Positions 18,863 to 29,684 are shown, numbered from the stretch's first letter. The stretch is DNA of 64,000 nucleotides from a candidate division FCPU426 bacterium (GCA_963847625.1 CAWKAR010000027.1:1-64000); one strand, 5' to 3'. Notes: generated by a model not told the origin, from the sequence alone. Numbers and translations: made by a program.

Positions 18863-21037
18863 ATGAAGCGAAGAAAAAAATCAAACGGCACTTGGGACGG
18901 GAAATCCTGGAGCCGTTTTAAAAATATCGTATTTATTGATTTTATTCTGGATTTGGTTAATGAAGAAATAAAAAATAAAAATGGAATCCGATGGATTTTC
19001 CTTTTCGCCGGAATCCTGTTCTCCTGCGTTGGAATTGGATTCCTTTCGGGGGATGCCCCGAATTGGCTGTTTGGATTGCCTTTCCAAGCCATTGCATTTT
19101 GGGCGCTTTGGAACGCGTTTCCGATCCAGCCAAGAACCCTCCCGCAAACGGCCCCAAAAACAACCCCCCTTCGAAAAAACGAAGCAAAATGGCTTTGGCT
19201 GATTTTGGCGGTCATGGCGTCTTGGATATTTGCTTATTACTGTTTTTCGCGGGTGTGGTGGATGGCGGGTGCAGTTACAAGCATAGTCCTCCTCGGTGCG
19301 CTTATTCTTTTCGCGGGCCGTTGGAGAAACCCTCCGCCCGCCCGGAAGTTGTTTTCCGATAATACGGCCCTGGTTCTATTGATGATCCTGACAATTCTTC
19401 TCCGTTTTCCCTTTCTCAATCATTTCTTCGCGGGTTTGCAGGACGATGAGGCCCACAACTTCATGAACACGCTTGATGTTCTCAAGGGAATCATTAAAAC
19501 CCCATTTGGCTCCAACTGGGCATTGGCTTATTTCCCCCGTTTTTTACTAGCGCCCTTCGCATATGTTTTCGGGACTAACTTGGCCGTCATGAAGGGAGCG
19601 ACAGCCTTGATTTCCGCCGTCCCAGTCTATTTTTTTTACCGGTGGTGCCGGCTTTATTTCGGGGTCGGGGCCTCGCTGCTGGCCTCCAGTTTTTTCTCCT
19701 TTTGTTGGTGGGATCTTTTCTTCAGCCTTTCACTGTTCCAGCATATTTTCACGGTTTGCTTTGAAGTTTTGGCCTTTTATTTCCTGGCCAAGGGGATCCA
19801 AAAAGGGGGGAAGTGGAATTTTGCCTTTTCTGGAATATGCCTGGCAACGTCGGTTCTGACTTATTATTCAGGGCGGTTGGTTCCCATCATGGCGGTCATC
19901 GTGATCATCGCTTATTGGTTGATGGAAAGAAACGGATTTCCTAAGTTCTTGGGACGGAATCTTTCATTTTTAACGGTTTTCTTTTTATGGATGATCGGGC
20001 CATACCTCGTTTTTATTTTCCATAAACCGGATGAATTATACGGGCGTGCCGTCCAGATAAATACTTTGCAGCTCGTGGCGCAAAATCAAGCCTATCTCAT
20101 GCCCTTGGAAAGGATCCTGACCGGTTTTTACACTTTTCTTTTCCCCAACAATCCGGCGGTGGATTTGCGTTTCGGCCTCACTTCCGTCCCGTGCCTGGAT
20201 CCTTTTTTAGGTTTGTTCTTCCTGCTTGGCGTGGTTTTGGCCGTTTATTCCCTGCGCCAATGGCGGAATTTACTGGCCTTGACGGGCATCCTCATCGGGC
20301 TCGCGGCCAATGCGATCACCAGCGATTCAACAGACATTGGACCGTTTGGTTTCCATGCCGGGCGGTGTTTTTTTATTTTCCCTTTTTTATGTTTCCTGAT
20401 GGCCCAAGGATTGGATTGGGGGATCAGGCTTGTTTCAAGTTTGCCGAAAAAGCTGAAGATTTCTTGCAATCTGGCATTGGTTTTGTTGGCGGTTGGTTCC
20501 GCTTACACGAATATCGACACCTATTTTTTCAAATTCAGGAATAGTCCCTCCAATTTTTTTCCCTTGGCTTTCAACCACCTTTCTGTTGTGGAATTGTTCG
20601 AAAGTTATGTCTCGAAGGATCATGTCGTGGTGGAGGGGATCAACAACAATGGCAGTTATTCCAGCGGAGCATTCGATCAAATCGAACGAGTCCTGACCAT
20701 GCATAACGCTCCGGTCAACTTTGAGGGTTTCACTTATGGTTGTTATGACCTCCTCGGGAGAGACCCGGCTGCGCATGGCATACCGGTTAACCTGGGATGG
20801 CCTTTGCCGCTGCCGATCCGGGCCCAGGTCTCCAAGGGCGTGGTCATCTTTTTCCCCTTTTGGGAAGAGAAGTTTTTCGAGCCGGAAAAGGAAAAAGTCT
20901 TGCAGTTTTACCCCAACGCGGTATGGGAAACGCATAAGAACAAAAATGGGGAAGCCCTCGTCATGACGGCTGAAATAAAGATGGAGGATATCCAAAACCT
21001 CCAAAAAGGCATGAAGCTGGACCCGCCCCTTTATTGA
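18863..21037 (+). CDS. ArnT/PMT-like GT-C glycosyltransferase (type B, copy B2)
   Basis: 724 aa, colinear tandem paralog of B1; GLQDDEA. Confidence 0.8.
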   Translation: MKRRKKSNGTWDGKSWSRFKNIVFIDFILDLVNEEIKNKNGIRWIFLFAGILFSCVGIGFLSGDAPNWLFGLPFQAIAFWALWNAFPIQPRTLPQTAPKTTPLRKNEAKWLWLILAVMASWIFAYYCFSRVWWMAGAVTSIVLLGALILFAGRWRNPPPARKLFSDNTALVLLMILTILLRFPFLNHFFAGLQDDEAHNFMNTLDVLKGIIKTPFGSNWALAYFPRFLLAPFAYVFGTNLAVMKGATALISAVPVYFFYRWCRLYFGVGASLLASSFFSFCWWDLFFSLSLFQHIFTVCFEVLAFYFLAKGIQKGGKWNFAFSGICLATSVLTYYSGRLVPIMAVIVIIAYWLMERNGFPKFLGRNLSFLTVFFLWMIGPYLVFIFHKPDELYGRAVQINTLQLVAQNQAYLMPLERILTGFYTFLFPNNPAVDLRFGLTSVPCLDPFLGLFFLLGVVLAVYSLRQWRNLLALTGILIGLAANAITSDSTDIGPFGFHAGRCFFIFPFLCFLMAQGLDWGIRLVSSLPKKLKISCNLALVLLAVGSAYTNIDTYFFKFRNSPSNFFPLAFNHLSVVELFESYVSKDHVVVEGINNNGSYSSGAFDQIERVLTMHNAPVNFEGFTYGCYDLLGRDPAAHGIPVNLGWPLPLPIRAQVSKGVVIFFPFWEEKFFEPEKEKVLQFYPNAVWETHKNKNGEALVMTAEIKMEDIQNLQKGMKLDPPLY

Positions 21038-21121
21038 ATATTCTCTGCGGGTTCTTTTGGCATATTCATGTAACTTTTTTCTTGTGGCAACGCATCTTTA
21101 TCCCCTATTCTTGAAAAAATC

Positions 21122-23296
21122 ATGAAACGAAGAAAAAAATCAAACGGCCTATTGGGTGGGATATCCCTAACCCGGTTTAAAGACATCGTATTTGTAGGCT
21201 TTATCCTGGAATGGATTAATCAAGAAATAGGAAATAAAAAAGGAATCCGCTGGGTTCTCCTGGGTTCCGGAATCCTGCTCTCTTGCGTTGGAATTGGATT
21301 TCTTTCGGGGGATGCCCCGAATTGGCTGTTTGGATTGCCTTTCCAAGCCATTGCATTTTGGGCGCTTTGGAACGCGTTTCCGATCCAGCCAAGAACCCTC
21401 CCGCAAACGGCTCCCCAAATAACTCCCCTTCGAAAAAACGAAACCAAATGGCTTTGGCTGGTTTTGGCGGTCATTGCGTCTTGGGTATTTGCTTACTACT
21501 GCTTTTCACGGGTGTGGTGGATGGCGGGTACAGTTACGAGTGTAGCCCTTCTCGGGACGGTTATTCTTTGCGCGGGCCGTTGGAGAAACCCTCCGCCCGC
21601 CCGGAAGTTATTTTCCGATAATACGGCCCTGGTTCTATTGATGATCCTGACAGTTCTTCTCCGTTTTCCCTTTCTCAACCATTTCTTCGCGGGTTTGCAA
21701 AACGATGAGGCCTATAACTTTTTAGGCGCGTTCAATATTCTCAACGGAAACGTGAAAACTCCATTTGAAAACTCCGGTAATTACGCTTATTTGCCCACGA
21801 TTTTTATGGCGTTTTTCGTATACCTATTCGGGGCCAAGTTGGCCGTCGCGAAGGGTGTCTCGGCCTTGATCTCCGTCATTCCCATTTATTTTTTTTACCG
21901 GTGGTGCCGGCTTTATTTCGGGGTGGGGGCCTCGCTGCTGGCCTCCAGCTTTTTTTCCTTTTGCTGGTGGGATCTTTTTTTCAGTTTTTCAATTCACCAG
22001 AATATTTTCACAGCTTGTTTTGAAGTCGCGGCTTTTTATTTCCTGTCAAAAGCGGTCCGGGATGGGGAAAAATGGAATTTTGCCTGGTCGGGAATATTCA
22101 TGGCCATGTCCATCCTGACATATTACACGGGGCGGTTGGTTCCCATCATGGCGGTCATCGTGATCATTTTTTATTGGTGGCTGGGAAAAAGCAGATTTCC
22201 AAAATTCTTTGGGTGGAAAATCTCGTTTTTATCGGTTTTCTTTTTATGGATGATTGGTCCATACCTCGTTTTTATCTACCATAAACCGGAAGAATTATAC
22301 GGGCGCGCCGCCGAATTGTATGACATGCCGATCGTGATGCAGAAACAAGCCTATCTCATGCCCTTGGAAAGGATCCTGACCGGTTTTTATACCTTCCTTT
22401 TTCCCAACAACCCGAGAGTGGATTTGGGATTCGGGCTCAGTTCCGTTCCGTGCCTGGATCCTTTTTTGGGGTTGTTCTTCCTGTTTGGCGTGGTTTTGGC
22501 CGTTTATTCCCTGCGCCAATGGAGGAATTTACTGGCCTTGACGGGCATCCTCATCGGGCTTGCGGCCAATGCGATCGCCAGCGGTTCAACCGAGACGGGG
22601 CCTTTTGGTTTTCATTCCGGGCGGTGTTTTTTTATTTTTCCATTTTTATGTTTCCTGATGGCCCAAGGATTGGATTGGGGGATCAGGCTTGTTTCAAGTT
22701 TGCCGAAAAAGCTGAAGATTTCCTGCAATATGGCATTGGTTTTATTGGCGGTATGCTCCGCTTACACGAATATCAATACCTACTTTTTTAAATTCAAGGA
22801 TAGTTCCGCTAATTATTTTACTCTCGGTTTTGGGCACATTGCGGTCGTGGATTTGTTTAAAAGTTATATTTCGAAGGATCATGTCGTGGCGGAGGGGATC
22901 AACAACAATGGCAGTTTCTCCAGCGGCGCTTTTGACCTCATCGACCGGGTCCTGACCATGCATAACGTACCGGTAAAATTTGACGGTCCCACCTATGGTT
23001 GTTATGACCTCCTGGGGAGCGACCCGGCCGCACATGGCATACCGGTCAACCTGGGATGGCCATTGCCATTGCCGATCCGGGCCCAGGTCTCCAAAGGCGT
23101 GGTTATCTTTTTCCCCTTTTGGGAAGAGAAGTTATTCGAGCCGGAAAAGGGAAAAGTCCGGCAGTTTTACCCAAACGCGGTATGGGAAACGCATAAGAAC
23201 CAAAGCGGGGAAGCCCTCGTCATGACGGCTGAAATAAAGATGGAGGATATCCAAAACCTTCAAAAAGGCATGAAGCTGGACCCGCCCCTTTATTGA
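21122..23296 (+). CDS. ArnT/PMT-like GT-C glycosyltransferase (type B, copy B3; B1/B2 mosaic)
   Basis: 724 aa tandem paralog; GLQNDEA. Confidence 0.8.
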   Translation: MKRRKKSNGLLGGISLTRFKDIVFVGFILEWINQEIGNKKGIRWVLLGSGILLSCVGIGFLSGDAPNWLFGLPFQAIAFWALWNAFPIQPRTLPQTAPQITPLRKNETKWLWLVLAVIASWVFAYYCFSRVWWMAGTVTSVALLGTVILCAGRWRNPPPARKLFSDNTALVLLMILTVLLRFPFLNHFFAGLQNDEAYNFLGAFNILNGNVKTPFENSGNYAYLPTIFMAFFVYLFGAKLAVAKGVSALISVIPIYFFYRWCRLYFGVGASLLASSFFSFCWWDLFFSFSIHQNIFTACFEVAAFYFLSKAVRDGEKWNFAWSGIFMAMSILTYYTGRLVPIMAVIVIIFYWWLGKSRFPKFFGWKISFLSVFFLWMIGPYLVFIYHKPEELYGRAAELYDMPIVMQKQAYLMPLERILTGFYTFLFPNNPRVDLGFGLSSVPCLDPFLGLFFLFGVVLAVYSLRQWRNLLALTGILIGLAANAIASGSTETGPFGFHSGRCFFIFPFLCFLMAQGLDWGIRLVSSLPKKLKISCNMALVLLAVCSAYTNINTYFFKFKDSSANYFTLGFGHIAVVDLFKSYISKDHVVAEGINNNGSFSSGAFDLIDRVLTMHNVPVKFDGPTYGCYDLLGSDPAAHGIPVNLGWPLPLPIRAQVSKGVVIFFPFWEEKLFEPEKGKVRQFYPNAVWETHKNQSGEALVMTAEIKMEDIQNLQKGMKLDPPLY

Positions 23297-23338
23297 ACGT
23301 TTTTTTTAGGTTTTTTTAACTGCTGCCTAATTTCCATT

Positions 23339-23585
23339 TTACTTTGAACTATTCCCCGGGACGGGAATAGGTTTTTGGCTGAAGGTTTGGAAATACTTGA
23401 GGCACTGGTCCTGCCACTGCCGGGCGTCCCGGACCTGCTGGCGCAGTTTGCGGGATACGGTTTTGAATCTCTCCCCATCCACCCTGCCTTGAAGCTTTTT
23501 CCTAAAGGACTCAAAACTCTCCGCCTTTTTCACCACCCTTTGGTAACACCCGCATAGCGCCCCCAAAGGGTATTTTCCGGCTTCA
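23339..23585 (-). pseudogene. Orphan 3' end of alpha-glucuronidase aguA (fragment 1, divergent allele)
   Basis: Reads LCGCYQRVVKK...LQGRVDGERFKTVSRKLRQQVRDARQWQDQCLKYFQTFSQKPIPVPGNSSK*, homologous to the C-terminus of the gene ending at 32408. Confidence 0.9.
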
Positions 23586-23724
23586 AGAGCCCCGCTTCCG
23601 GAAAAGAGCCGATTTTTCAATGGTTTTTACAGGGTTTTTCAATGAAAGATTATTCATTTTTTTTGCAATAAATCCCGGGTTAGCCGTCTAGAGGTTAGAA
23701 AACCGGAAAACATGATGGGAGACG

Positions 23725-23906
23725 CCTGAAAATACGCCTTATTTGAAGAAAGTCCAAAGTATAATGCTCGGAAGTTTTATCTGAACGCAGTATGGAAAGA
23801 TCAACAAAAACAATTTGAGGAAGCACTCGTCATGACGGCTGGAATCAAGCGGGAGGAAATCCAGAGCCTCCCAAAAGCCGTGAAGCCGGATTCGCCCCTT
23901 TATAAA
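23725..23906 (+). pseudogene. Relic 3' end of a type B GT-C gene (copy 1)
   Basis: RKFYLNAVWKDQ...ALVMTAGIKREEIQSLPKAVKPDSPLY aligns with B C-terminus RQFYPNAVWETH...ALVMTAEIKMEDIQNLQKGMKLDPPLY. Confidence 0.8.
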
Positions 23907-23933
23907 GTCTCGAATTAAGGAATTTTTATTGCT

Positions 23934-26585
23934 ATGCCGACCAAGAGAGTATCTAAAAAATCTTCTTCCTCCCACCCGAAAAGGCGGAAAAGCCATCCGG
24001 CTCCAACCCCGTTAACTCCGGCCGTGGAATCCCCGGTACCGCCGGTTCCTCAGCAGCCTTCCCTGCCTGTTTGGACCAAAACCTTCGCCATCATCGCCTT
24101 GTGTTTGGGGCTGGGCTTTGCGTTGGGACACCACACCGATACCGCGATGCTTTTCATCAGCATGGCTATTTTTATTTTTCTTTCCAGGAACGCGAGTTTC
24201 CGGACCTCCGTCTACCCCCTGGCCCTGATCGGACTGGGTTGGGCCTTATTTACCGTTTCTGCCGGGCAAGACTGCGGTTTCGTCTACGCTTTCCCAAAGT
24301 TGCCAAGCTTTCTGTGTGCCTATCCGGCGTTTTATTTCGCGGTGGGGATGGGGTTGATGGTGGCGTTTTGGCGGTTTTTGCCTCCATTCCGGGCGGAAGA
24401 CGATGTCCCCAAGGTTTGGGCCAGGATTATATTCTGGGTGATCTTGGGCATGGCCGCTTTCATAAGGATGCAACGCATCAACGAGACCACGGGTTCCTAT
24501 TGGGATGAAACTGTCAACTGCATCACCCAGCCCTGGGGCATTTTTGAATTTCATGACCGCTACCTGATCGCGTCATGGGGGAGCCGGGAACCGTTCTACA
24601 ACTATTTCCTCGCGGTGTTATGCGCGCTCTTTCAGAACGCCCATTTGATTTTCATCCAGCGGCTCGGATGCGCGCTCATTGATTTGTTGGGGATTTGGTT
24701 TCTCTACCTGCTGGGGAAGGAAATCGGAGGCCGGTGGACGGGGCTCGTGGCGGCAGGCCTGGCCTCCGTCAACAAGCCCATGGTTGTCGAAGCCATCCTG
24801 GGATATCCGATGGTGACCCTTTCCATGGCGGTGTCCCTGATTCTTCTCATGACGGTGCGATTATTCAAGAAACCCGACTGGAGGCATTTCCTCCAATGGG
24901 GCCTGGTTCTGGGTTTCATGCCCTACAATTACACGGCAACGCGGCCCTGGCTGCCCTATATCGCGGGGTTGGTTTTGTGCTGGATCTGGTTTTATAAACA
25001 GAAAGAGGGAAAAGGGAAGTTGGATTTCCTGCTGGGCTGGGGGACGCTGGGGGCAGGGATTTTCGTGTTCCTGCAGTGGAACCATTTCCTGCCGGTGACG
25101 AACCCCCTGGTGGTTTTCCTGGCCCATAGATGGGTGGGATTGGCCGTGGTGGCGATCCTCTGGTTTTTATTCATCAGTTCCCGGCTGGAGGCGGTCAAGA
25201 ACAACGGCGCAAGCCTCCTGCCGCGGTATTTTCTCGGGGTCTTCCTGGCCGCCGCGCTGGCCTATCCCCTGTCTTTCGACCCGTACCTGAATGCGCATAT
25301 CGCGAATCTTTCCATTTTCAATAACCAGACCCAATCGACGGCCAACCACGCGCTTGAAGCCGCCTTGATATTTTTCAACAAGGTTTGGATCAGCCTTCAA
25401 ACCATCTTCTCGGGAAGGTTGGGCAATGGGGGGGAGACATACTTGTTCAACGGCGCTTTTTTCGATTTTCATTTCATCCCGGTATTCATCCTGGGGCTGG
25501 TCTCCCTCCTGGTACAGCCGAACTGGATGAAAGGGTTCCTGTTGCTTTGCTTTTTCCTGGGGATCTTGCCCCACGTGCTGACGAGGGATCCCAATATGGG
25601 AAAGCTCATGGGTATCTTGGCGCCCCTGTCGGTTTTGGCGGGGTTGGGCGTCCGCCAGGCTTATTCGGCCTTCCGGTCCATTCGAGGCGGCCATTCCGGA
25701 ATCTTGTTTGTTCTGCTTCTCACGGCTTATTTCGGGTGGGCATTCAGCGGAACCTACCATGAAGTTTGGAAAAAATATTTCGATATACAAAGCAGGGAGG
25801 TGACGATTTCCCTGCAAGTGGCGAAATACACCCCCCAAGACCGCGTCTATGTCTCCCTTTTATCCTCATACATTTCAGCGAAGGTGCAAGCAGTCCTGGA
25901 CCAGGGCCTGGAATACTACTCCTTGGGGGACCAGAATCCCATTCCGGTGAAAACCGGGGATATTCCGAAGGACGTGGTGGTGATCATGTCCGTCCTCAAT
26001 GCGAAAACCAAGGACCTGATCGACAGCCAGTTCAGAAACGTTTCCTGGGAGGACCTTTCCGAGAAAGGTTTTCCTGGTTTACGGCAGGAACGCCGCGCGA
26101 TTATCCCGGCCGCGGAAATACCCAAGGAACCAGGCAAGCTTTTCTATTTCCAGAGGGTTCCCGATACCAATTGGACGAGGGACTATTTCATAGGGCGTGT
26201 GGTCCTGGGTGACGGCATGATCGAAAGGGAGGAAAGCGTCCCAAGCCCCTACGATCCGGTGCCGCCCGAGATGGGCGGAAGGGTGGTACGCTTGAAGGGC
26301 AGTTTCAACCTGCCGGCGGACGCCCAGGTCACTTTCGGGGCCAAAACCGACAACCACGTGAAACTGCAAGTGGACGGCAAGCTGGTCCTCTACCTGAGAC
26401 CTTACCAGGAGTTCCTATCCGGGAATAAAAAGGTGGACCTGAAGGCGGGCAACCACGCGGTCGTATACGACACCTATCTCCAGGGTCCAAGGGAGATCCC
26501 AAAAATATTTATGTGGGTGGATGGAAGGCAGGTCGTACTAATGGGCGATCCGGCGCAAAATCCAGTCGCTCCGGAAGGACATTGA
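23934..26585 (+). CDS. ArnT/PMT-like GT-C glycosyltransferase with PA14-like domain (type A, copy A2)
   Basis: 883 aa; YWDE loop; paralog of A1. Confidence 0.8.
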   Translation: MPTKRVSKKSSSSHPKRRKSHPAPTPLTPAVESPVPPVPQQPSLPVWTKTFAIIALCLGLGFALGHHTDTAMLFISMAIFIFLSRNASFRTSVYPLALIGLGWALFTVSAGQDCGFVYAFPKLPSFLCAYPAFYFAVGMGLMVAFWRFLPPFRAEDDVPKVWARIIFWVILGMAAFIRMQRINETTGSYWDETVNCITQPWGIFEFHDRYLIASWGSREPFYNYFLAVLCALFQNAHLIFIQRLGCALIDLLGIWFLYLLGKEIGGRWTGLVAAGLASVNKPMVVEAILGYPMVTLSMAVSLILLMTVRLFKKPDWRHFLQWGLVLGFMPYNYTATRPWLPYIAGLVLCWIWFYKQKEGKGKLDFLLGWGTLGAGIFVFLQWNHFLPVTNPLVVFLAHRWVGLAVVAILWFLFISSRLEAVKNNGASLLPRYFLGVFLAAALAYPLSFDPYLNAHIANLSIFNNQTQSTANHALEAALIFFNKVWISLQTIFSGRLGNGGETYLFNGAFFDFHFIPVFILGLVSLLVQPNWMKGFLLLCFFLGILPHVLTRDPNMGKLMGILAPLSVLAGLGVRQAYSAFRSIRGGHSGILFVLLLTAYFGWAFSGTYHEVWKKYFDIQSREVTISLQVAKYTPQDRVYVSLLSSYISAKVQAVLDQGLEYYSLGDQNPIPVKTGDIPKDVVVIMSVLNAKTKDLIDSQFRNVSWEDLSEKGFPGLRQERRAIIPAAEIPKEPGKLFYFQRVPDTNWTRDYFIGRVVLGDGMIEREESVPSPYDPVPPEMGGRVVRLKGSFNLPADAQVTFGAKTDNHVKLQVDGKLVLYLRPYQEFLSGNKKVDLKAGNHAVVYDTYLQGPREIPKIFMWVDGRQVVLMGDPAQNPVAPEGH

Positions 26586-26592
26586 AGCGCCG

Positions 26593-26646
26593 TTATTGAC
26601 CGGGATTAGGCTTTTGACTGAAGGTTTGGAAATACTTGAGGCACTG
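26593..26646 (-). pseudogene. Orphan 3' end of aguA (fragment 2, 54 bp)
   Basis: ttattgaccggga..agg.ttttgactgaaggtttggaaatacttgaggcactg near-identical to 32408-32461. Confidence 0.9.
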
Positions 26647-26649
26647 CCA

Positions 26650-26830
26650 CCTGAAAAAACGTCTTATTTGAAGGAAGTCCAAAGTATAATGCTCGGAAGT
26701 TTTATCTGAACGCAGTATGGAAAGATCAAAAGAACCAATTTGGGAAAGCACTCGTCAGAACGGCTGGAATCAAGCGGGAGGAAACCCAGAGTCTCCCAAA
26801 AGCCGTGAAGCCGGATCCGCCCTTTATTAA
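26650..26830 (+). pseudogene. Relic 3' end of a type B GT-C gene (copy 2)
   Basis: Closely similar to 23725-23906; ends ...KPDPPLY* (TAA 26828-26830). Confidence 0.8.
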
Positions 26831-26883
26831 AGCCTCGAATTAAGGAATTTAAATATTTTTAAATATTAAGGAGGTTTTTTGCC

Positions 26884-29535
26884 ATGCCGGCCAAGCGAGT
26901 ATCTAAAAAATCTTCTTCTTCCCACCCGAAAAGGCGGAAAAGCCATCCGGCTCCAACCCCGTTAACTCCGGCCGTGGAATCCCCGGTACCGCCGGTTCCT
27001 CAGCAGCCTCCCCTGCCTGTTTGGACCAAAACCTTCGCCATCATCGCCTTGTGTTTGGGGTTGTATTTTGGGTGGGGACCCCACACCGATACCGCGATGC
27101 TTTTCATCAGCATGGCTTTTTTTATTTTTCTTTCCAGAAGAATGACTTTTTCAACCCCGGTCTACCCATTGGCCCTGATCGGACTGGGCTGGGCCTTATT
27201 TACCGTTACAGCCGGGCAAGACTGCGGTTTCGTCTACGCTTTCCCAAAGTTGCCGAACTTTCTGTGCGCCCATCCGGCGTTTTATTTCGCGGCGGGGATG
27301 GGGTTGATGGTGGCGTTTTGGCGGTTTTTGCCTCCATTCCGGGCGGAAGACGAGGTCCCCAAGGTTTGGGCCAGGATTATATTCTGGGTGATTCTGGGGG
27401 TGGCCGCTTTCATGAGGATGCACCGCATCAACGAGACTACAGGTTCCTATTGGGATGAAACTGTCTCCTGCATCACTCAGCCCCGGGGTATTTTTGAATT
27501 TCATGACCGCTACCTGATCGCGCCAAGCGGGGGGCGGGAACCGTTCTTCACCTATTTCCTCGCGGTGTTATGCGCGCTCATGCAGAACACCCATTTGATT
27601 TTCATCCATCGGTTCGGATGCGCGCTCATTGATTTGTTGGGGATTTGGTTTCTCTACCTGCTGGGGAAGGAAATCGGAGGCCGGTGGACGGGGCTCGTGG
27701 CGGCGGGCCTGGCCTCCATCACCAAGCCCATGGTTGTCGAAACCCTCCTGGGATATCCGATGGTGACCCTTTCCATGGCGGTATCCCTGATTCTTCTCAT
27801 GACGGTGCGATTATTCAAGAAACCCGACTGGAGGCATTTCCTCCAATGGGGCCTGGTTCTGGGTTTCATGCCCTACAATTACACGGCGGTCAGGCCCTGG
27901 CTCCCATACATAGCGGCGGTGGTGTTGTGCTGGATCTGGTTTCATAAGCAGAAAGAGGGGAAGGGGAAGGGGGATTTCCTGCTGGGCTGGGGGACGCTGG
28001 GGGCAGGGGTTTTTGTGTTCCTGAAATGGAACCATTTCCTGCCGATGACGAACCCCCTGGTGGTTTTTCTGGCCCATAGATGGGTGGGATTGGCCGTGGT
28101 GGCGATCCTCTGGCTTATATTCATCAGCTCCCGGCTGAAGGCGGTCCAGCACAACGGCACAAGCCTCCTGCCGCGGTATTTTCTCGGGGTCTTCCTGGCC
28201 GCCGGGTTGTGTTATCCCCTGGCTTTCGACCCGTATCTGTATGCTCATATCACGGATCTTTCCATTTTCAATAACCTGTCTCATTCGAACGCCAACTGCG
28301 TCCTGGAAGCCGGCCGGGTCTTTTTCAATAAGGTTTGGATCAGCTTTCAAACCGTCTTCTCGGGAAGGATGGGCGATTGTGGGGAGACATACTTGTTCAA
28401 CGGCGCTTTCTTCGATTTTCATTTCATCCCGGTATTCATCCTGGGGCTGGTCTCCCTCCTGGTACAGCCGAACTGGATGAAAGGGTTCCTGTTGCTTTGC
28501 TTTTTCGTGGCGATCTCGCCCCACGTGCTGACGAGAGATCCCAATATGGGCAAGCTCATGGGTGTCGTGGCACCCCTCTCGGTTTTGGCGGGGTTGGGCG
28601 TCCGCCAGGCCTATTCGGCCTTCCGGTCCATCCGGGGCGGCCATTCCGGAATCTTGTTTGTCCTGCTTCTTACGGCTTATTTCGGATGGGCATTCAGCGG
28701 AACCTACCATGAAGTTTGGACAAAATATTTCGATTTACAAAACATGGAGGTGACGACTTCCCTGCTGGTGGCGAAATACACCCCCCAAGACCGCGTCTAT
28801 GTCGCCCTTTATCCCTCTTTCATTTCGGCGAATACACAAGCAGTCCTGAACCAGGGCCTGGAATACTACTCCTTGGGGGACCAGAATCCCATTCCGGTGA
28901 AAACCGGGGATATTCCGAAGGACGTGATGGTGATTATGTCCGTCTACGACGCGAAAACCAAGGGCCTGATCGACAGCCAGTTCAAGAACGTTTCCTGGGA
29001 GGACATTCCCGTGAAAAATTATTCGGTTTTACGGTTGGAACGCCGCGCGATTATCCCGGCTGCGGAGATACCCAAGGAACCAGGCAAGCTTTTCTATTTC
29101 CAGAGGGTTCCCGATACCAATTGGACGAGGGACTATTTCATAGGGCGTGAAATCCTGGGTGACGGCATGATCGGAAGAGAGGAAAGCGTCCCAAGCCCCT
29201 ACGACCCGGTGCCGCCCGAGATGGGTGGAAGGATCGTGCATTTGAAAGGCAGTTTCAACCTGCCGGCGGACGCCCAGGTCACTTTCGGGATCAAAACCGA
29301 CAAGCTCGTGAAACTGCAAGTGGACGGCAAGCGGGTTTTCTACCTGAAACCCTACCAGGAGTTCCTTTCCGGGAAGAAAAAGGTGGACCTGAAGGCGGGC
29401 AACCACGCGGTCGTTTACGACACCTATCTCCCGGGTCCAAGGGAGATCCCGGAAATATTAATGTGGGTGGATGGAAGGCCGGCCGGACTGATGGGCGATC
29501 CGGCGCAAAATCCAATCGCCCCGGCAGGACATTGA
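26884..29535 (+). CDS. ArnT/PMT-like GT-C glycosyltransferase with PA14-like domain (type A, copy A3)
   Basis: 883 aa; SD AAGGAGG; YWDE; close paralog of A2. Confidence 0.8.
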   Translation: MPAKRVSKKSSSSHPKRRKSHPAPTPLTPAVESPVPPVPQQPPLPVWTKTFAIIALCLGLYFGWGPHTDTAMLFISMAFFIFLSRRMTFSTPVYPLALIGLGWALFTVTAGQDCGFVYAFPKLPNFLCAHPAFYFAAGMGLMVAFWRFLPPFRAEDEVPKVWARIIFWVILGVAAFMRMHRINETTGSYWDETVSCITQPRGIFEFHDRYLIAPSGGREPFFTYFLAVLCALMQNTHLIFIHRFGCALIDLLGIWFLYLLGKEIGGRWTGLVAAGLASITKPMVVETLLGYPMVTLSMAVSLILLMTVRLFKKPDWRHFLQWGLVLGFMPYNYTAVRPWLPYIAAVVLCWIWFHKQKEGKGKGDFLLGWGTLGAGVFVFLKWNHFLPMTNPLVVFLAHRWVGLAVVAILWLIFISSRLKAVQHNGTSLLPRYFLGVFLAAGLCYPLAFDPYLYAHITDLSIFNNLSHSNANCVLEAGRVFFNKVWISFQTVFSGRMGDCGETYLFNGAFFDFHFIPVFILGLVSLLVQPNWMKGFLLLCFFVAISPHVLTRDPNMGKLMGVVAPLSVLAGLGVRQAYSAFRSIRGGHSGILFVLLLTAYFGWAFSGTYHEVWTKYFDLQNMEVTTSLLVAKYTPQDRVYVALYPSFISANTQAVLNQGLEYYSLGDQNPIPVKTGDIPKDVMVIMSVYDAKTKGLIDSQFKNVSWEDIPVKNYSVLRLERRAIIPAAEIPKEPGKLFYFQRVPDTNWTRDYFIGREILGDGMIGREESVPSPYDPVPPEMGGRIVHLKGSFNLPADAQVTFGIKTDKLVKLQVDGKRVFYLKPYQEFLSGKKKVDLKAGNHAVVYDTYLPGPREIPEILMWVDGRPAGLMGDPAQNPIAPAGH

Positions 29536-29542
29536 AGCGCTG

Positions 29543-29684
29543 TTATTGACCGGGAATAGGCTTTTGACTGAAGGTTTGGAAATACTTGAGGCACTGGTTC
29601 CGCCACTGTCGGGCGTCCCGGACCTGCTGGCGCAGTTTGCCGGACACGATTTGGAACCTTTCCCCATCCACCCTGCCCTGGAGC
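29543..29684 (-). pseudogene. Orphan 3' end of aguA (fragment 3, ~140 bp)
   Basis: Encodes LQGRVDGERFQIVSGKLRQQVRDARQWRNQCLKYFQTFSQKPIPGQ*, near-identical to the intact gene end. Confidence 0.92.
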
